Shown here: piece by piece, positions 35,043 to 49,469 of the stretch
Layout: every line of letters starts with the position of its first letter
Position numbering within the stretch: the first letter of the stretch is position 1
Translations under genes and position numbers: made by a program
Notes under the pieces: model-generated
What the model was told of the DNA's origin: nothing
The model's input: the letters and a program-made list of their open reading frames with translations, nothing else
Database searches by the model: none
Source of the DNA: Octopus sinensis
Lineage: Eukaryota
Assembly (NCBI RefSeq): GCF_006345805.1
Contig: NC_043009.1
Location: forward strand, 48,980,001-49,044,000
Direction of reading: 5' to 3'
DNA length: 64,000 nucleotides

Positions 35043-35574
35043 ATATACAAATGAACAAATTGGAGCCAATATGAAGGGGTACAGTTGGACTCTTATCTTT
35101 TAATCACTGCACTTGTTTCCACACAATGTACTTCTCCAGAAGTGAGGTTACTTGATTATGCAACTGTTTCCCCGCATTATGAGAGCTAGTTGTGTTTCCG
35201 CAGGTATAAAATTTTAAATATTGTCTCCGTGAGCTTAAAATCCTCGGCTTCAAGAACATATCCTTTGTCTGTCGTGGCCTGAATTTAATAGTAGTCACTG
35301 AATTTATCAGGGTGTGTTGTTGAAGGGCCATTGGCAGACTGCTTTTATTGTGTAGATGTAGCAGAATGGTGATTTTCGTACTATTAAACTCACGGAGACA
35401 AAATTTGCATATCACCTGATGAAACATAACTTGATTTCATTATGCAGAGAAACAGTTGCATAATCAAGTACCTGCACAGCTGGAGAACTACGTTGTGTGG
35501 AAACAATTGTAGCAATTAAAAAAATAAATGTCCAATCGTACCCCCATCTTGTTTGCTCCAGTTTTTCAGTTATA
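35043..35574. mobile_element. Old MITE/fold-back element with ~195-bp imperfect inverted arms
   Basis: 35043-35238 aligns to the reverse complement of 35384-35574; shared blocks include TTGTTTCCACACAA, TACTTGATTATGCAACTGTTTC and TTGTCTCCGTGAG. Confidence 0.75.
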
Positions 35575-35671
35575 TATTCACACATGACAGATGCGCAAAT
35601 GCAAACCTGGAAGAAGTACCTATCATACTACTACCGGGTGTATATATATATATATTATATATATATATATA

Positions 35672-35829
35672 CAACGGGCTTCTTTCAGTTTCCGTCTACC
35701 AAATCTACTCAAGGCTTTAGTCGGTCCGAGGCTATAGTAGAAGACACTTGACCTAGTTACCACGCAGTGAGACTGAACCCGGAACGATATGGTTGGCAAG
35801 TAAGCTTCTTACCATACAGCCACACCTGC
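35672..35829 (-). mobile_element. SINE family A, 5' half
   Basis: Matches the A head. Confidence 0.85.
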
Positions 35830-37936
35830 TTTTAAATTTTGGAGTTGCATTCGTTTAGTAAGTAGCTTGATTTGGGACCGTGCAAATAGTTTCGAACCTG
35901 GAGTATTTATATCGTGGAAGTGTTATACAGCGATTTAATAACTGTTACATTCACTTTATTTAATTATTTGAAGTATTAAAAATTTTATCACTCAACAGCA
36001 ACATGGCCACTGATATAGTTCGATATAGTTCTAATGTAAAATCTACGTTTAAAATATTTAAAAAGGAAGAGGAATATTCAAAGGACAATAGTAACGATTT
36101 TGATCATACGCCAACTGGATCGGTGTCAATCTGGGGCTAAAATATCACAAAACCATTGATTTTACCTTGACTCGAAAACGGGTAATTTAAATAGTGTATT
36201 ATGATTACATCGTACGAATTGTAGTTTTACTTTTCATTAACTTTCCTATAAACGAATAACGGCGAAATTTTCCAACACTGGAGTTCTGTCTGTTCGCTCA
36301 GTCTGCTAGAAATAGCAGCCCAGTCTCTCTCAAATCACAGCCTCACATGACTATACTGGATTATGAAGTTAAGTATGTACACTAACCACAGACGAATGAT
36401 CATGGAATGCAAAGGTAGTGTTAACGCTTTTAATTATATTCTTATATAATAAATACCAACATAAACTTAAAGCAGTGTATGGCTATTAGATTAGCTAGAA
36501 ATAGCAACCAAATATCCCTCAAATCACATTTTGCTATTGTGAATTGTATCTAATTATTTCAATGGACGTGTTTAGTGTATACTATCAATCTTTGTACGAG
36601 AAAAAATATTTTATCGACTCCGGAGAGATAAAAGTCAAAGTTCACCTCGACGGGATTTGAACTCAGTATATAAAGAGCCGGAACAATTACCACAAGGCAT
36701 TTTCCCAACGCTGACAGTCTTGCCAGTTCAAAAAAGAAAGGGTATATTAGAAGTAAGTCTGGTTTGAGGGCAGTGATCATGGTCCTTTATCAGACGTTCT
36801 AGACATGTCGATATAAATGGGATAAAGTTATCCTGAAAATACTGACCTCGATCCAATGTCTGCCAATGGATTCTCTCTGTTAAAGAAAGGCAGACTAGAT
36901 GATGGTGCTGTTGAACAGAAAAAATAAAGCCCCTTGAACATTACGATCATGAGCTCTAGGACTCAGAGCCAGTTACCCGGTTTCCTTGGTGTATAAGTAA
37001 CTGAGATCACATCGTGCCCACGATCGGGTTCCAGTACATTGCAGTGTTATTCATATAGAGCTGAGCGAACTGCCGTAACGAAATGAAGTGTTTCTTTCAA
37101 GAACATTACAAACACCCCGATGCAAGAATCGAAATCATGACCTTTAAATCGTGAGTGCAACACTCTAACCAATAAGCTACGCTCCTTCACGTTGTTATAC
37201 AAAACGATGGTTAAATACAACCACCGGAAATTAAACCTGTCACCTAGATAATCCATTCGTGGACACCGTCAACATAGGAGATGGTCAGGAAGCGGGCATC
37301 GTTAATTATATATCATCTCTGTTAGAGGTTACCTCAGGGTAGACAATCGCAACAATAAGTGCATAAGAACAACAGGAATGACAACAAGAAGAAGGAAGCC
37401 GTTAGATGCCACCTTAAGAATATGAATTATAACACGTCTCATTTGTCAAAATTCTGCAAAATATTGAAACAACATTAATAAATAATGATCAATCAACAAT
37501 AAATTACTTTAATTAATGTATGCTTTGATTAGTATTGAATAATTAGAACGATACTTTAATTAAAGTTGAATTTGTGTTCGGCGCGTCTGTGTTCGTGAGT
37601 GTGCGTGTGTGCGTGCGTACGTGCATGTGTGTGTATGTGTTTCAGACTCAGCTAGGTGTTATAAAAAGTTTACTGTGCTATACTATATTAGGACATAGGT
37701 ACGCTGAATGTGAGACATTATAAAAGCACAATTATAATATTCTCTTGCAGGCGGTGAAATAGCAGAAGTGTTAGAGCGTAGATATTTGTTCTGGTTCTTT
37801 ACATTCAGAGTTCAAATCCCGCCACAACCAATTTTGCATCTCAAGAGGTCGATAAAAATCAGGTTACCAGTCAAGTACTGGAATCGATTGCTTCGACGAG
37901 CCCCCATTTTTGAAATTGCAGGTGATGAGCGTGTTC

Positions 37937-38372
37937 GGCGTAGGAGTGGCTGTGTGGTAAGTAGCTTGCTTACAAACCACATGGTTCTGGGTTCAGTCCC
38001 ACTGCGTGGCACCTTGGACAAGTGTCTTCTACTATAGCATCGGTCCGACCAAAGCCTTGTGAGCAGATTTTGTAGACGGAAACTGAAAGTAGCCCGTCAT
38101 ATATATATATATGTATATCTGTATGCATGTATGTATGTATGTATGTGTGTGTATCTGTTTGTGGGTTCGTGTTCCCCCACCCCCTCAACATCGCTTGACA
38201 ACCGATGCTGGTGTGTTAACGTCCCCGTAACTTAGCAGTTCGGGAAAAGTGTCCAATAGAATAAGTACTAGGCTTACAAAGAATAAGTCCTGGGGGCGAT
38301 TTACTCGATCGACTACAGGCGGTGTTCCTGCATGGCCACAGTCAAAATGACTGAAAGAAGTAAAAGAGTAAA
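37937..38372 (+). mobile_element. SINE family A, full-length
   Basis: GGCGTAGGAGTGGCTGTGTGGTAAG...GGTTCAGTCCC head, internal microsatellite and 3' half all present. Confidence 0.9.
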
Positions 38373-39379
38373 ATAGAGCCTAAATTAGAAACAGTTATTT
38401 TACGTCTTTTATCACGTGACGAGATTCAGTATCTGCGCCGTGGTGAGACTAGTGTACAGAGTTCATTGTGGAATCAGTTTTATCGATCTCGTTCCTTATT
38501 TTATCGATCTATTTCAAAAGAAGGGGAAAATAAATGGATAAGAAAGGAAATAGAACTGAAATCAAAAGAGGTATTCTACAAGTTCCACAAAGGCTTCCGA
38601 GAGAAATTTGGCAAGGTAGATGAGGGCTGACTTCAAACACGAGGATGGTGTTCTCTCCAACCACAAAGAGACTCTGAGAGTTTTCTCTCTTTCTTTTTTT
38701 TTTTTTTTTTGAGGCAGGGACTCGGAAGAGAGCCACGAGCACCTCCTTTGATCTCGTGACGCGGACCTATGTATCGGTCGAGATAGGTTCTAACAGGTCA
38801 ATTTCTAGTTTCACTTTTAACGATGGAAAAGATTTTACATACCTGGTTGTTGCTTATTACTCACAAATCAACGTTGATGGAGTTGAGCAATGAACTAATG
38901 CACTCCAGCCATGACTGTCTAATCTTCTGAAGGCTAGCTATCTAGGACCACATTATCCAAGATGTCTGTTTTTCTTAAACAACTTGATTTGTAAATAAAT
39001 TCTGTTGCTATATCAAACGGGTCGAGAGACCACCTGGAGTTTACATCGCTGTGCTCATGTCACTGGCGATGATCATAGACATAGTTCATACGTCCAGTGT
39101 TCGACATCTGTTTTTCTTCGGGGCTAATCATTGATGTTATATTACTCATCAACTTGTTCGAAGGAGCTAACGATATTAATGATTTTGAAACTGTTTTCAT
39201 ATGTATGCGTTGTCGTTGATGTTATATTAGGTTTAACAATTTTAGAGCGCCGTTATAATGTCACTTTATAATTAGCAAAGTGGTGTGGCGATTGCATTCT
39301 TGTGATAATAGAATAGTGTTGCATTGGTATTTTATGTATAATGTGGATGAGTCTATGTGTCAGCTGATGTTTCGCTTTT

Positions 39380-39578
39380 ATCATTTTACTTGTTTCAGTC
39401 ATTTGACTACGGCCATGCTAGAGCACCGCCTTTAGTCGAAAAATTCGATCCCAGGACTTATTCTTTGTAAGCTTAGTACTTATTCTAACGTTCTCTTTTG
39501 CCAAACAGCTAAGTTACGAGGACGTAAACACACCAGCATCGGTTGCCAAGCGATGGTGGAGCGACAAGCAGAGACACA

Positions 39579-39636
<58 letters not shown>

Positions 39637-39805
39637 AATTTACAACAGTATTATTTCAGTTTCCGTCTACCAAATCCACTCACAATCTTTTGGTCGGCCC
39701 GATGCTCTAGTAGGAGACTGTTGTCCAAGATGCCACGCAATGGGACTGAACCCGGAACCATTTGGTTGGAAAGCAAGCTTCTTACCGCACAGCTACGCCT
39801 GCGTC
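39380..39805 (-). mobile_element. SINE family A, full-length
   Basis: Both halves and the internal (CA)n present. Confidence 0.9.
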
Positions 39806-40189
39806 TGCTGTTAAGGACTGTCACGGCTTGAGTTTGGCGTGCCTCTTGTACAATGAAACATCATCACTAAATATGAATGCTCGTCTTTCATTTTGTCTAT
39901 AAATGCGTTATTTCATTGTGAAATCTCTCGTGAGGAAACGTATATTAGGTTTGTTTGTTATTTTTTGTAGCTTTTTGTACTTAACTGAGATGAAATGTAT
40001 TGTTTGCACACAAGAATAGTTATTCGTTTCTGTCTGTAAAATATGTTATCTTTGCCCGTCATCGTTTCAAGATGGACAAAATGAAGTACAAACAATTTCT
40101 GGATTTTGATTGATTGAAGTAATCGACTTAAACCACACCCCTTCAAAATAGTTGGCCTTCTGCCAAAATTGGGGAGAACTACTACTATA

Positions 40190-40246
<57 letters not shown>

Positions 40247-40339
40247 GCTACTACTACTGCCACCGTCACCGCCGCCGCCGCCGCCACGCCACCGCCGCCG
40301 CCACCACCACCACCACCACCACCATCATCATCATCATCG

Positions 40340-40822
40340 TCAAGTGCTTTACGTAGGTTATATTTCGTGCCTAGTAGTGCTATTTTCTTTATGTTATATG
40401 TGTTCGTATGTCTTGGTGCTTTGGTTATGCTTTTTTGGCCGTGCTCAATGCACTTATTATTACGTGGACTGTTTCCGTTTTTAGGCTCCACATTCGGTTT
40501 ATCTCTAATTCCAGATCTTTGCATTTCGAGAGTTTCTCACTCTCTTTTAGAGATGCATTGTCATCTGTTGAGATTGATATAGCGATTAGAATGCATTTTT
40601 TTCTTGGTAATCTCTCACAACTATATCCTGTCTATTAGCCTTGATTTCTCTGTGTGTATTACCATATTACAGAGTACAGTTTCTTTTTCCTTTTCCTGAG
40701 ACTTTACTGAGAGATGCCTATACTATTTTTTTCTGCTGTTATTCGATAGTGCTGGCATACCTTCCAGGTATGTAGCTCCCAACTCTGTCATGCATGTAGA
40801 TATATTCCTTCTTAGTAAGGAC
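40340..40822 (-). mobile_element. Degraded non-LTR retrotransposon 3' end with a restriction-like endonuclease domain (R4/Dong-like)
   Basis: Minus-strand translation with frameshifts gives MHDRVGSY..., KDLELEINRMWSLKTETVHVIISAL and NIKKIALLGTKYNLRKAL, typical of an RLE C-terminus. Confidence 0.75.
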
Positions 40823-40941
40823 TGATCAGGCAGGGACAGTATATGACTTATTGTTTTTTCCTTATCAATACATATTGTAGTCTACTTCATTATGTGTTTT
40901 GGTGGATTCTGATAGGAGGCTTTGATCTTGTGCCGCAAATT

Positions 40942-40977
<36 letters not shown>

Positions 40978-41140
40978 GTCGTCGTCTGTCTTTACGTTCT
41001 GAGTTCAAATTCCGCCGAGGTTCAATTTACCTTTCATCCTTTCGGGGTAGATAAATTAAGTACCAGCTGAGTACTGGGGTTGATCTAATCGACTGGCCCT
41101 CTCCCCACAAAATTTCGAGTATTGTGCCTAGAGTAGGAAA

Positions 41141-41202
41141 AATAATAATAATATTAAAAATAATAAAAATTAAAATAATAATAATAATAAAATAATAATA
41201 AC

Positions 41203-41258
<56 letters not shown>

Positions 41259-41321
41259 TAATAATAATAACAATAATATTAATAATAATAATATTAATAA
41301 TAATAATAATAATTATTATTA

Positions 41322-41354
<33 letters not shown>

Positions 41355-41369
41355 TATTATTATAATTAA

Positions 41370-41422
<53 letters not shown>
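41141..41422. repeat. (AAT)n followed directly by (ATT)n, forming an AT-rich palindrome
   Basis: Direct reading; the switch lies near 41312. Confidence 0.9.
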
Positions 41423-41423
<1 letters not shown>

Positions 41424-41678
41424 CTCAGATGCCTTAGTAGCGGCATCATCTGTCATGTATGGAAGCCAAGAGTAGTAAGGACACTTTTGTTTTAATATGT
41501 ATGCTAAAATCATCACCACATATAGTCCATTTTAGATGGAAAATGCTCTCCGAATTATATGGGCTGTTACCCATCAAGGCTATCTTTTGTAATTCACGGA
41601 AACTGAAGTTACCAGGTAGTTAATTAATATACTTCTCAGCTCCTTTCTTTATTATTATTATTATAATTATTATTATTA

Positions 41679-41761
<83 letters not shown>

Positions 41762-42004
41762 TTTACGTTGCAATCACGAACGCAAGATCGTGGTTTCACT
41801 TCCTAGACTAGGTTGGCACACTGTGCACTTGCTCAGGCAACGTCCGATTCATGGAGAGAGTCAGCTAATATACAGTACGTAGATTTCATCACTTTAAACA
41901 AAATCCACTGTGCAGGGCGTTCAGCAAAGACTGAAGCCTCATACCACGTCTTCAAGGGGAGAGTCCAAATTCATCATCATCATCATCATCATCATTATTA
42001 TTAT

Positions 42005-42267
42005 TATGTTTAACTTTTGCTTTTGATTTGTACAAGTTGGCTCTAAGTACAAGATACTACAAGAGACAACACGTTAGAGGTTCATGTTGGTATTATGCCT
42101 ATGGTGTCATATATTTCATTTTGCACATAGTATTGTTCTAGAGAATGTTTAAGAAAGTATATGAAAATTATGAGTTTGTTTTAAAATTTGAGATTACATA
42201 GACAGTATTTTACGTAGGATATGGGCAGTTCCCAAGAACACTATCGTATGAATTTCTGCCATTCTGG

Positions 42268-42270
<3 letters not shown>
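42005..42270 (-). mobile_element. 3' fragment of an R4/Dong-like retroelement within an (ATT)n tract
   Basis: Minus strand PRMAEIHTIVFLGTAHILRKILSM* followed by a putative 3' UTR; flanked by ATT/ATC repeats. Confidence 0.65.
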
Positions 42271-42304
<34 letters not shown>

Positions 42305-42309
42305 CATTA

Positions 42310-42357
<48 letters not shown>

Positions 42358-42482
42358 TATCATCATTATTATTATTATTATTTTATCATTTCATTATATG
42401 TAAAGCTCCACACTTGTCTTTGTATGGTGTCCCTCATCCTTCGCCCCTGTGGCAAATGAAATCATCATCATTGCTTTTATCA

Positions 42483-42525
<43 letters not shown>

Positions 42526-43049
42526 CATCATCATCAATATTACTATTTTCGTCATTTATCTAATGCATTAAGATTAGCAACCCTTAGAAAAAGTTCATCT
42601 AAAAAGCAAAATCTCTAATATTCTATGCACTCTTTCTCGCTGGTTACACTTCAGTTTCAGCTATCAATTGCAGAAATAACATAAGCGCCCTATACAAAGG
42701 CCGCCATTTTCATTGCGGTTGAATTGACCTTATCACGCGAACACAAAATAAGTATTAATATTTAAAGCAATAAATATAGGAACATCTAGTATGATACATC
42801 CCTAGATTGACCAGGAAAAAGGGTTTATAAGTGAGACAGTAATCTATATCTGTTCTTATATAATAGTTTGCCAAGCGATTACATGTTTGGTGTCTTCGTT
42901 ACATTAATTCAACACGTCCAGGATTGTAATAGACGGATGTCTCTCTCTGTCTGAGAGTCTGTTTGTGAGTGCGTTTTTCAGCGTGTCTGTATGTCATGAA
43001 CATAGATTTCTGTATTCCTGTCTTCCTCTCGCCTCCTCTTTCAATATAT

Positions 43050-43095
43050 ACATACATACATACATACTTACATACATACATATATACATATATAT

Positions 43096-43160
<65 letters not shown>

Positions 43161-43272
43161 TTATATATATATGTATATATGTATTTATATACTTGTATAT
43201 ATGTATATACGTATTTATATATTTACACATATATACTTATAGATATATGTATTATATATTATATATATATAT

Positions 43273-43304
<32 letters not shown>

Positions 43305-43690
43305 GGTATCTATATATGTATTTTGTATACATATGCATATATATATATTTACATATGTACACGTACATGTATTCATTAAACAACACACAAATATCATATG
43401 TATATACATCTCTCTCTTTATCTATCTCTCTATCTCTTTCACTTTCTATCTGTCTATACACACACACAAACACAACTATAAATCTAATTGCTAAGGTCGG
43501 CCATAATGCTTATATAATAGTGTAATATGCGTGTATATGTATATATATGCATGTGCCTGTGCGTGTGTGTGAGAGTGTGTGTCTGTATGTGTACAGAATG
43601 CGATGAATACGTTTACGTACATATGCTGAGTGTGTGTCACTATATATATGTATTTATATATATATATATTAATATATATATATATATATA

Positions 43691-43727
<37 letters not shown>

Positions 43728-45399
43728 CTGCATGTATGCATGTGTGTATGTATGTAAGTATGTATTATGTAGGTAGGTAGGTAGGTAGGTAGACAGGCAG
43801 GTGGGCAAGAAAGCAAGCAAACAGATAGTTAGGTAGGTAGGTTTGTATGTATGTATTATCTTATTTGTGGCTATCAGAGACGGGGAAAATAAATATTCCC
43901 CTTTATATGTATGTTTCTTCTGGGTTTTAATATTTCTTCATTATATATACACTATTACAGACACAAAGACACGCATAAGCATTCTCCTACTCTTCCTCCT
44001 ATTTCTCATATATATACACGTATATCTCCACATACACATATTTACACATGCTATAAACGTATGAAATTCTATGTGTGTGTACATTTCGATATAATTATGT
44101 AATATGTATATATACACATATATAGGCATATATATTATATATATATATGTATATATAAATATATATATATATCGACATATATATAGATATATGTGTACAC
44201 ATATACACATACAGCAAATAAATGTGATATGTATGTACCATGAATGAATATATATACATATAAATGTATATATAAACATATATACACACATATGTATACT
44301 ATATATAAAATCGTATATAAATATTATATATATATATATGCATATTATATATATATATGTGTGTGTATGTATGTATATAATTCCTGTTTGGACTATGTAA
44401 TGCGTGTATGTATTAATATACATATATATATACATGTGTATTTATATATATATATATACACGCACACCCACACACACACAACCCCACACGCACACTCAAC
44501 CCCTCACACGCACATATTAGTACGAGGGTCTCCATTACTCATCTTACCCCGTATTCATTCGTAGTAACAAAAATAACAAAAGCAAAAAAAAACAAACACC
44601 ACTATTACCACCACCATCACCAACAACTACAACATCAAGAACCTCGACAACAACAACAACAACAACAACAACAAGAACCACAACCGCAACAACAACAGCA
44701 CCAACAACTTAAACAATAACGACGATCTAATCGAATTACATGTTACAACACGAACAAAAGACATTACACAATCGCTCGTAAAAGATAACTAAGATTCTAG
44801 TTACAATATGGCCGCCCGCAGTTAGCTTCGAAATCGACTAATTAGCCGAATCCGGCAAAGATAGTTTCAGATATGTATTCCTGGTGGATCATACGAAACC
44901 TAGAGTTATTCTCTAGTCATATTGCTCTATCAAGCTCAGATTACAAGATTAAATTCCAATAAAACGTTCAAAGAATTTGATTTGGGGCCTATTTTTTTAT
45001 ATATACTTTTTATATATATATATATATTTGCCTGCTTATTTATTTGGAGCTTTTTATTTACTTATTTTATTTGTTTTTTTCCTTCTTTTTTATATTATTT
45101 ATTTTGCATCCATTTATTTTAATGTGAGTCGATGTGTTATGTTGAGAGTGAGTATCTGATTGTGTGTATTCGTGAGGGTGTATGGATTGGGGGGATGGTA
45201 ACGCGCGCATGTGTGTGTATGTGTGTGTGGATTTCGCGGTTTTTATGACATTCAATAAAATATTATTTGTTTACACATACAAACACTCACACACACACAC
45301 ACAACTTAATATATTTGTAAAAGATACATATTTATCTATCAGTACTTATATATACGAATATGTACATATATATATATTTACATATATTTATATATATAT

Positions 45400-45431
<32 letters not shown>

Positions 45432-45530
45432 ATATTATATATATATATACATATATATAAGTACATATATATATATATATTATATATATATACATATATA
45501 TAATTACAGAGAGAGAGAGAGAGAGAGGTA
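43050..45530. repeat. Cluster of compound (TA)n/(CA)n/(CAA)n microsatellites
   Basis: Direct reading; unique islands are interspersed. Confidence 0.8.
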
Positions 45531-46020
45531 TGTGCGCAAGTGTATGGTGATGAAGTCGTTTATTTAGGTCATTTATATGTTATTCTGCGGATTAAATAAT
45601 GGATTATACACACACAAACTCACATATATCTACATATATACATACGTACCATATATATATATATATATATATATACGTACATACCAAAGTGCGTACGTTC
45701 GTACGAACAAACATTCATACATACATGTGTCCGACTCTGTGTGTGTGTGTGTGTGTGTGAGTGTGCGTGTGTGTGTGTGTGTGTTTGACGCGTGAATGTG
45801 AAACAGAGATGAAGTAATACTTTGGATCTACTGATTTCAATGCGTATAATAAACTACAGATTTTGTGCTAACGTTGTTGGTTTTTTTAACTACTCCACGT
45901 TGGTTGCATACAATCTGTTTGAAAGTGGATACGATGGCGGAAATCTTCTATTGCATTGCTTATATTCACTGGAGTCCGATCATTTCTAAAGCCACGATAT
46001 ATCTTCTTTCTTTTTTCTTT

Positions 46021-46243
46021 TTCTTTTTTATTTGTTTCAATCAATTGCCTGCGGCCATGCTCGGGCACCGTCTTGGAGGATATCAGTCGAACACATCTGC
46101 CCCAGGACTCATTTTTCTGAAGCCTAGTACTTATTCTATGGATCCCAATTGCCGAACCGCTATGCTGCGGAGGCGTAACCACACAAACAGCCGCCGTTGT
46201 CAAACGGCGATAGGGGACAAACACAAAAGACGCATGCACATAG

Positions 46244-46339
<96 letters not shown>

Positions 46340-46468
46340 CGACGGGTTTCTTTCAGTTTCCGTCGACCAAATTCACTTACAAGGCTTTGGTCGGCTTGAG
46401 GCTATCGTAGACGATACTTGCTGAACCCGGAACCATATGGTTGGGAAGCAAACTTCTTACCATACATC
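46021..46468 (-). mobile_element. SINE family A, diverged
   Basis: Both halves recognisable. Confidence 0.8.
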
Positions 46469-46701
46469 AAGGCCTGGTGGTTATATATGGTGCTGAAATG
46501 GTAGAAACACCACAACGTCACATCCAACGCTTTATAGTATTCCGTCTATCTCACTGCATCCTGAGTTCAATTCCTGCTGTAAAGCTAACTTCTTTTATAT
46601 TTCTGCAGTGGAAGTACCAATTTAGTTCTTGTTAAAATTGATCCCCCCCTCTCTCTCTCTCTCACTCTCCCTCTCTCCCTCTATCTCTTTCTCTCTTTCC
46701 T

Positions 46702-46744
<43 letters not shown>

Positions 46745-46795
46745 CATTTATAGAAATTACGCAAAAAAATTCTTATATATATATATATATATACA

Positions 46796-47010
46796 TACGG
46801 TAATCCCTCCACTATAGCGGGTGTTGTGTTCCAAAACCCCACCCACCGCGATACGTGAATATCCCCGGAATAGAAACAGTACTGTACTGTATATTTTTTA
46901 TTTTTATAATTTGTATATATTTATTTTATTATAAATGCAAAACAACACCACAACGTAAGCTTAAATGATAAACCTCGATACGTGAACCGTGATCTGGCGA
47001 GGGATTACTG
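46796..47010. mobile_element. pogo/Tigger-like MITE
   Basis: TA then CGGTAATCCCTC at the left and GAGGGATTACTG at the right (12-bp TIR with one mismatch), around an AT-rich core. Confidence 0.65.
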
Positions 47011-47184
47011 CGCACACGCACACACGCACACAAACACACACACACACACACACACATATGTATATATATAATGAACTCTCCCGTCGAAGACGATGTATGA
47101 GCCTTCAGATTTTGCCGAATGACCTGCACAAATGATTTGATTATAGTGATCAAATGATTGTGCCACACATTAACTCACTCTCTC

Positions 47185-47365
47185 CATTAAATCGATGTTG
47201 TCTAAACATGTACGCGGTGTACCACGCGTCAAGTGTCGAAATGATCGCAGACCTACGCGAGATGAAGTGTTTTGCTCAAAGAACACAACACACCACATGG
47301 TCTAGGAACTGAACTCACGATCTAGAGATCGTGAGTTCAGCACTCTGACCACTAAGCCATGCGCC
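47185..47365 (-). mobile_element. SINE family D fragment
   Basis: TTTTGCTCAAAGAACACAACAC...GAACTCACGATC...ACCACTAAGCCATGCGCC. Confidence 0.7.
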
Positions 47366-47396
47366 CTCACACACACACACACACACGCACACATAC

Positions 47397-47431
<35 letters not shown>

Positions 47432-47613
47432 TATACTCACTGACCAGACTATCGGATGGGGTTACACCGCAGTAATTTAACAAGTAGAGAATCTGATGAT
47501 CAAATAACGTTATTATCCATGCATACACGCGCAAGTGTGTATATGTGTTTGTATGTCTGTGAGCATGTGTGTTTGTGTGCGTGTGCGTGCGTGTGTGTAT
47601 ACGTGTGTGTGTG

Positions 47614-47647
<34 letters not shown>

Positions 47648-48199
47648 GTTTTAAGGGTATCGCAAAAGGTCTGGCTGGAAATCCAGCCTTCCAATTTCTT
47701 TTACAGGGCTTCGAAAAACTGGAAAACCACTGTAACATGTGTGTGGATCTGAGAGAGGAATACGTTGAATAATATCGTAATTGACTATTCCTCCAGAATT
47801 TTTTTTTTGCTCAAAGCCAAGACCTTTTCAGCAGCCCCTTGGGTACCACTTCCCCTGCCGTACGCTTCTTGAGTCGAATGTGCCCTGGAGTCATCCGTAA
47901 ACACAAATGTACGCTTATACATTTACATATATACTAACACCTCACATATGGAAATCTCCCCCTTTTTATTAAACTTCCCACTATTGAGCTAATAGAAAGT
48001 CCCCGCTTGAGCACGGTACATGCTGAAAAGAGCAGCCAAATCTCACACGGATTATAACGCACCTATCATGAAAAACCGAGGGTCATATTAGATAATTTAT
48101 TCCTAGATGCGCTAAAATATTGGATAAACCCGGCAGATGAAAGACCTATGGCAGACCTGCGGTTACAGAACTATTTAAGCGGCAACATAAATAAACTAC

Positions 48200-48224
48200 T
48201 CTGTTTGTTTTCCTCCAGGTAAGT
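48200..48224 (+). other. Juxtaposed 3'/5' splice signals: a candidate recursive splice site or an exon donor
   Basis: TCTGTTTGTTTTCCTCCAG|GTAAGT, a pyrimidine tract and CAG immediately followed by a perfect donor. Confidence 0.4.
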
Positions 48225-48269
48225 TTTCGATTTTATTATTCGCTGATAGTTTCGAGAAATTGTCTCTTG

Positions 48270-48320
<51 letters not shown>

Positions 48321-48724
48321 CACACACTTTTTTCCTACATTCAACGCCTATACCTTAAGCTCAGTCTATTTCTGTCATTTGTAAATTATTTCAGTTTATT
48401 ACCACACGCGCGTGTGCACATGCAAGCACGCACACACACACACATATACATCCATACATCCATCCATCCATCCATACATACATAGATACATGCAGAAAAT
48501 GAAATACAGAGGCAGATACTTACAGATACACATAAATTTCTACTTATCCTCACAATATCAGTCAATGGGAAAAAAGAATGCGAGTGCGAGAGAGAGAGGC
48601 GGAGAGAGAGAAAGAAAGCCATAGAGACAGAGACAGAGACAAAGGGGAGAGAGAGAGAGACAGACTGATAGATAGACAGATAGAGAAATTCTGTAGGTTC
48701 TCTACGGAGATTACACTATTAACA

Positions 48725-49030
48725 AGAAGTGTACTCAAAGGGAAACCGGTACTGAAGAAAAACGCGCTGTAATTGACCACTGATACGAGTCGCTAGCGAG
48801 TGGACGAAGTGATTTGCATAAACAGAAGCATCACAATCCGTGAGATTGTTTCAAACCTGGACTATGGTCAGAAGACTGTATCAGATGCCGGTGGTAAGAC
48901 ATTGAATATCGGAAAGTGTGTGGAAGTGGATACTTTTGCAGTTGATATCAGATTTAAAATAGAGAAGTGAGGAAGAGTGCTCTGATCTGCTGCAAACATT
49001 TGAAGCTAACGCGAAAACATTTTTTTTCTA
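48725..49030 (+). pseudogene. Decayed mariner transposase fragment
   Basis: RVDEVICINRSITIREIVSNL...YRKVC...SDLLQTFEANAKTFF, with stops and frameshifts. Confidence 0.6.
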
Positions 49031-49437
49031 TTTGGTGTCTTTATTATTCGAAAACGAAAGCTTAGTCCATAGAAGTCCTCTTTTGTTATCGCATGACGTA
49101 GATCATTGTGTATCTCTTACTTCTACTATTTCTCCCCTTCTCACCCTTTCTCTCACTCTTTCTTAATCTCCATCTCTACCCATCGTTCATTCATTCACCA
49201 CCAGCACACACACACAAACTCTCCCCTCTCTCTCTTCCCCTTCTGTAGTTTACTCAACATACATATGCTTTTCTTCGTATCCAATTGTTTACTGGTGATC
49301 CGTCTTTCTCATTGCTCAATCCATTTATCATCTCTCTACCTTCAGATCATCCGGACAGTCTACGTGTCAATCTATCTAATGCTTTTTCTCTCTCATCCTT
49401 TTTCTCTCTCTTCCTTTCTCTCTCCCCATATATATAT

Positions 49438-49469
<32 letters not shown>

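Noticed and set aside
38745-38754. Isolated perfect TCF site CCTTTGATCT
   Set aside because: A single 10-mer with no helper site or cluster; could occur by chance.
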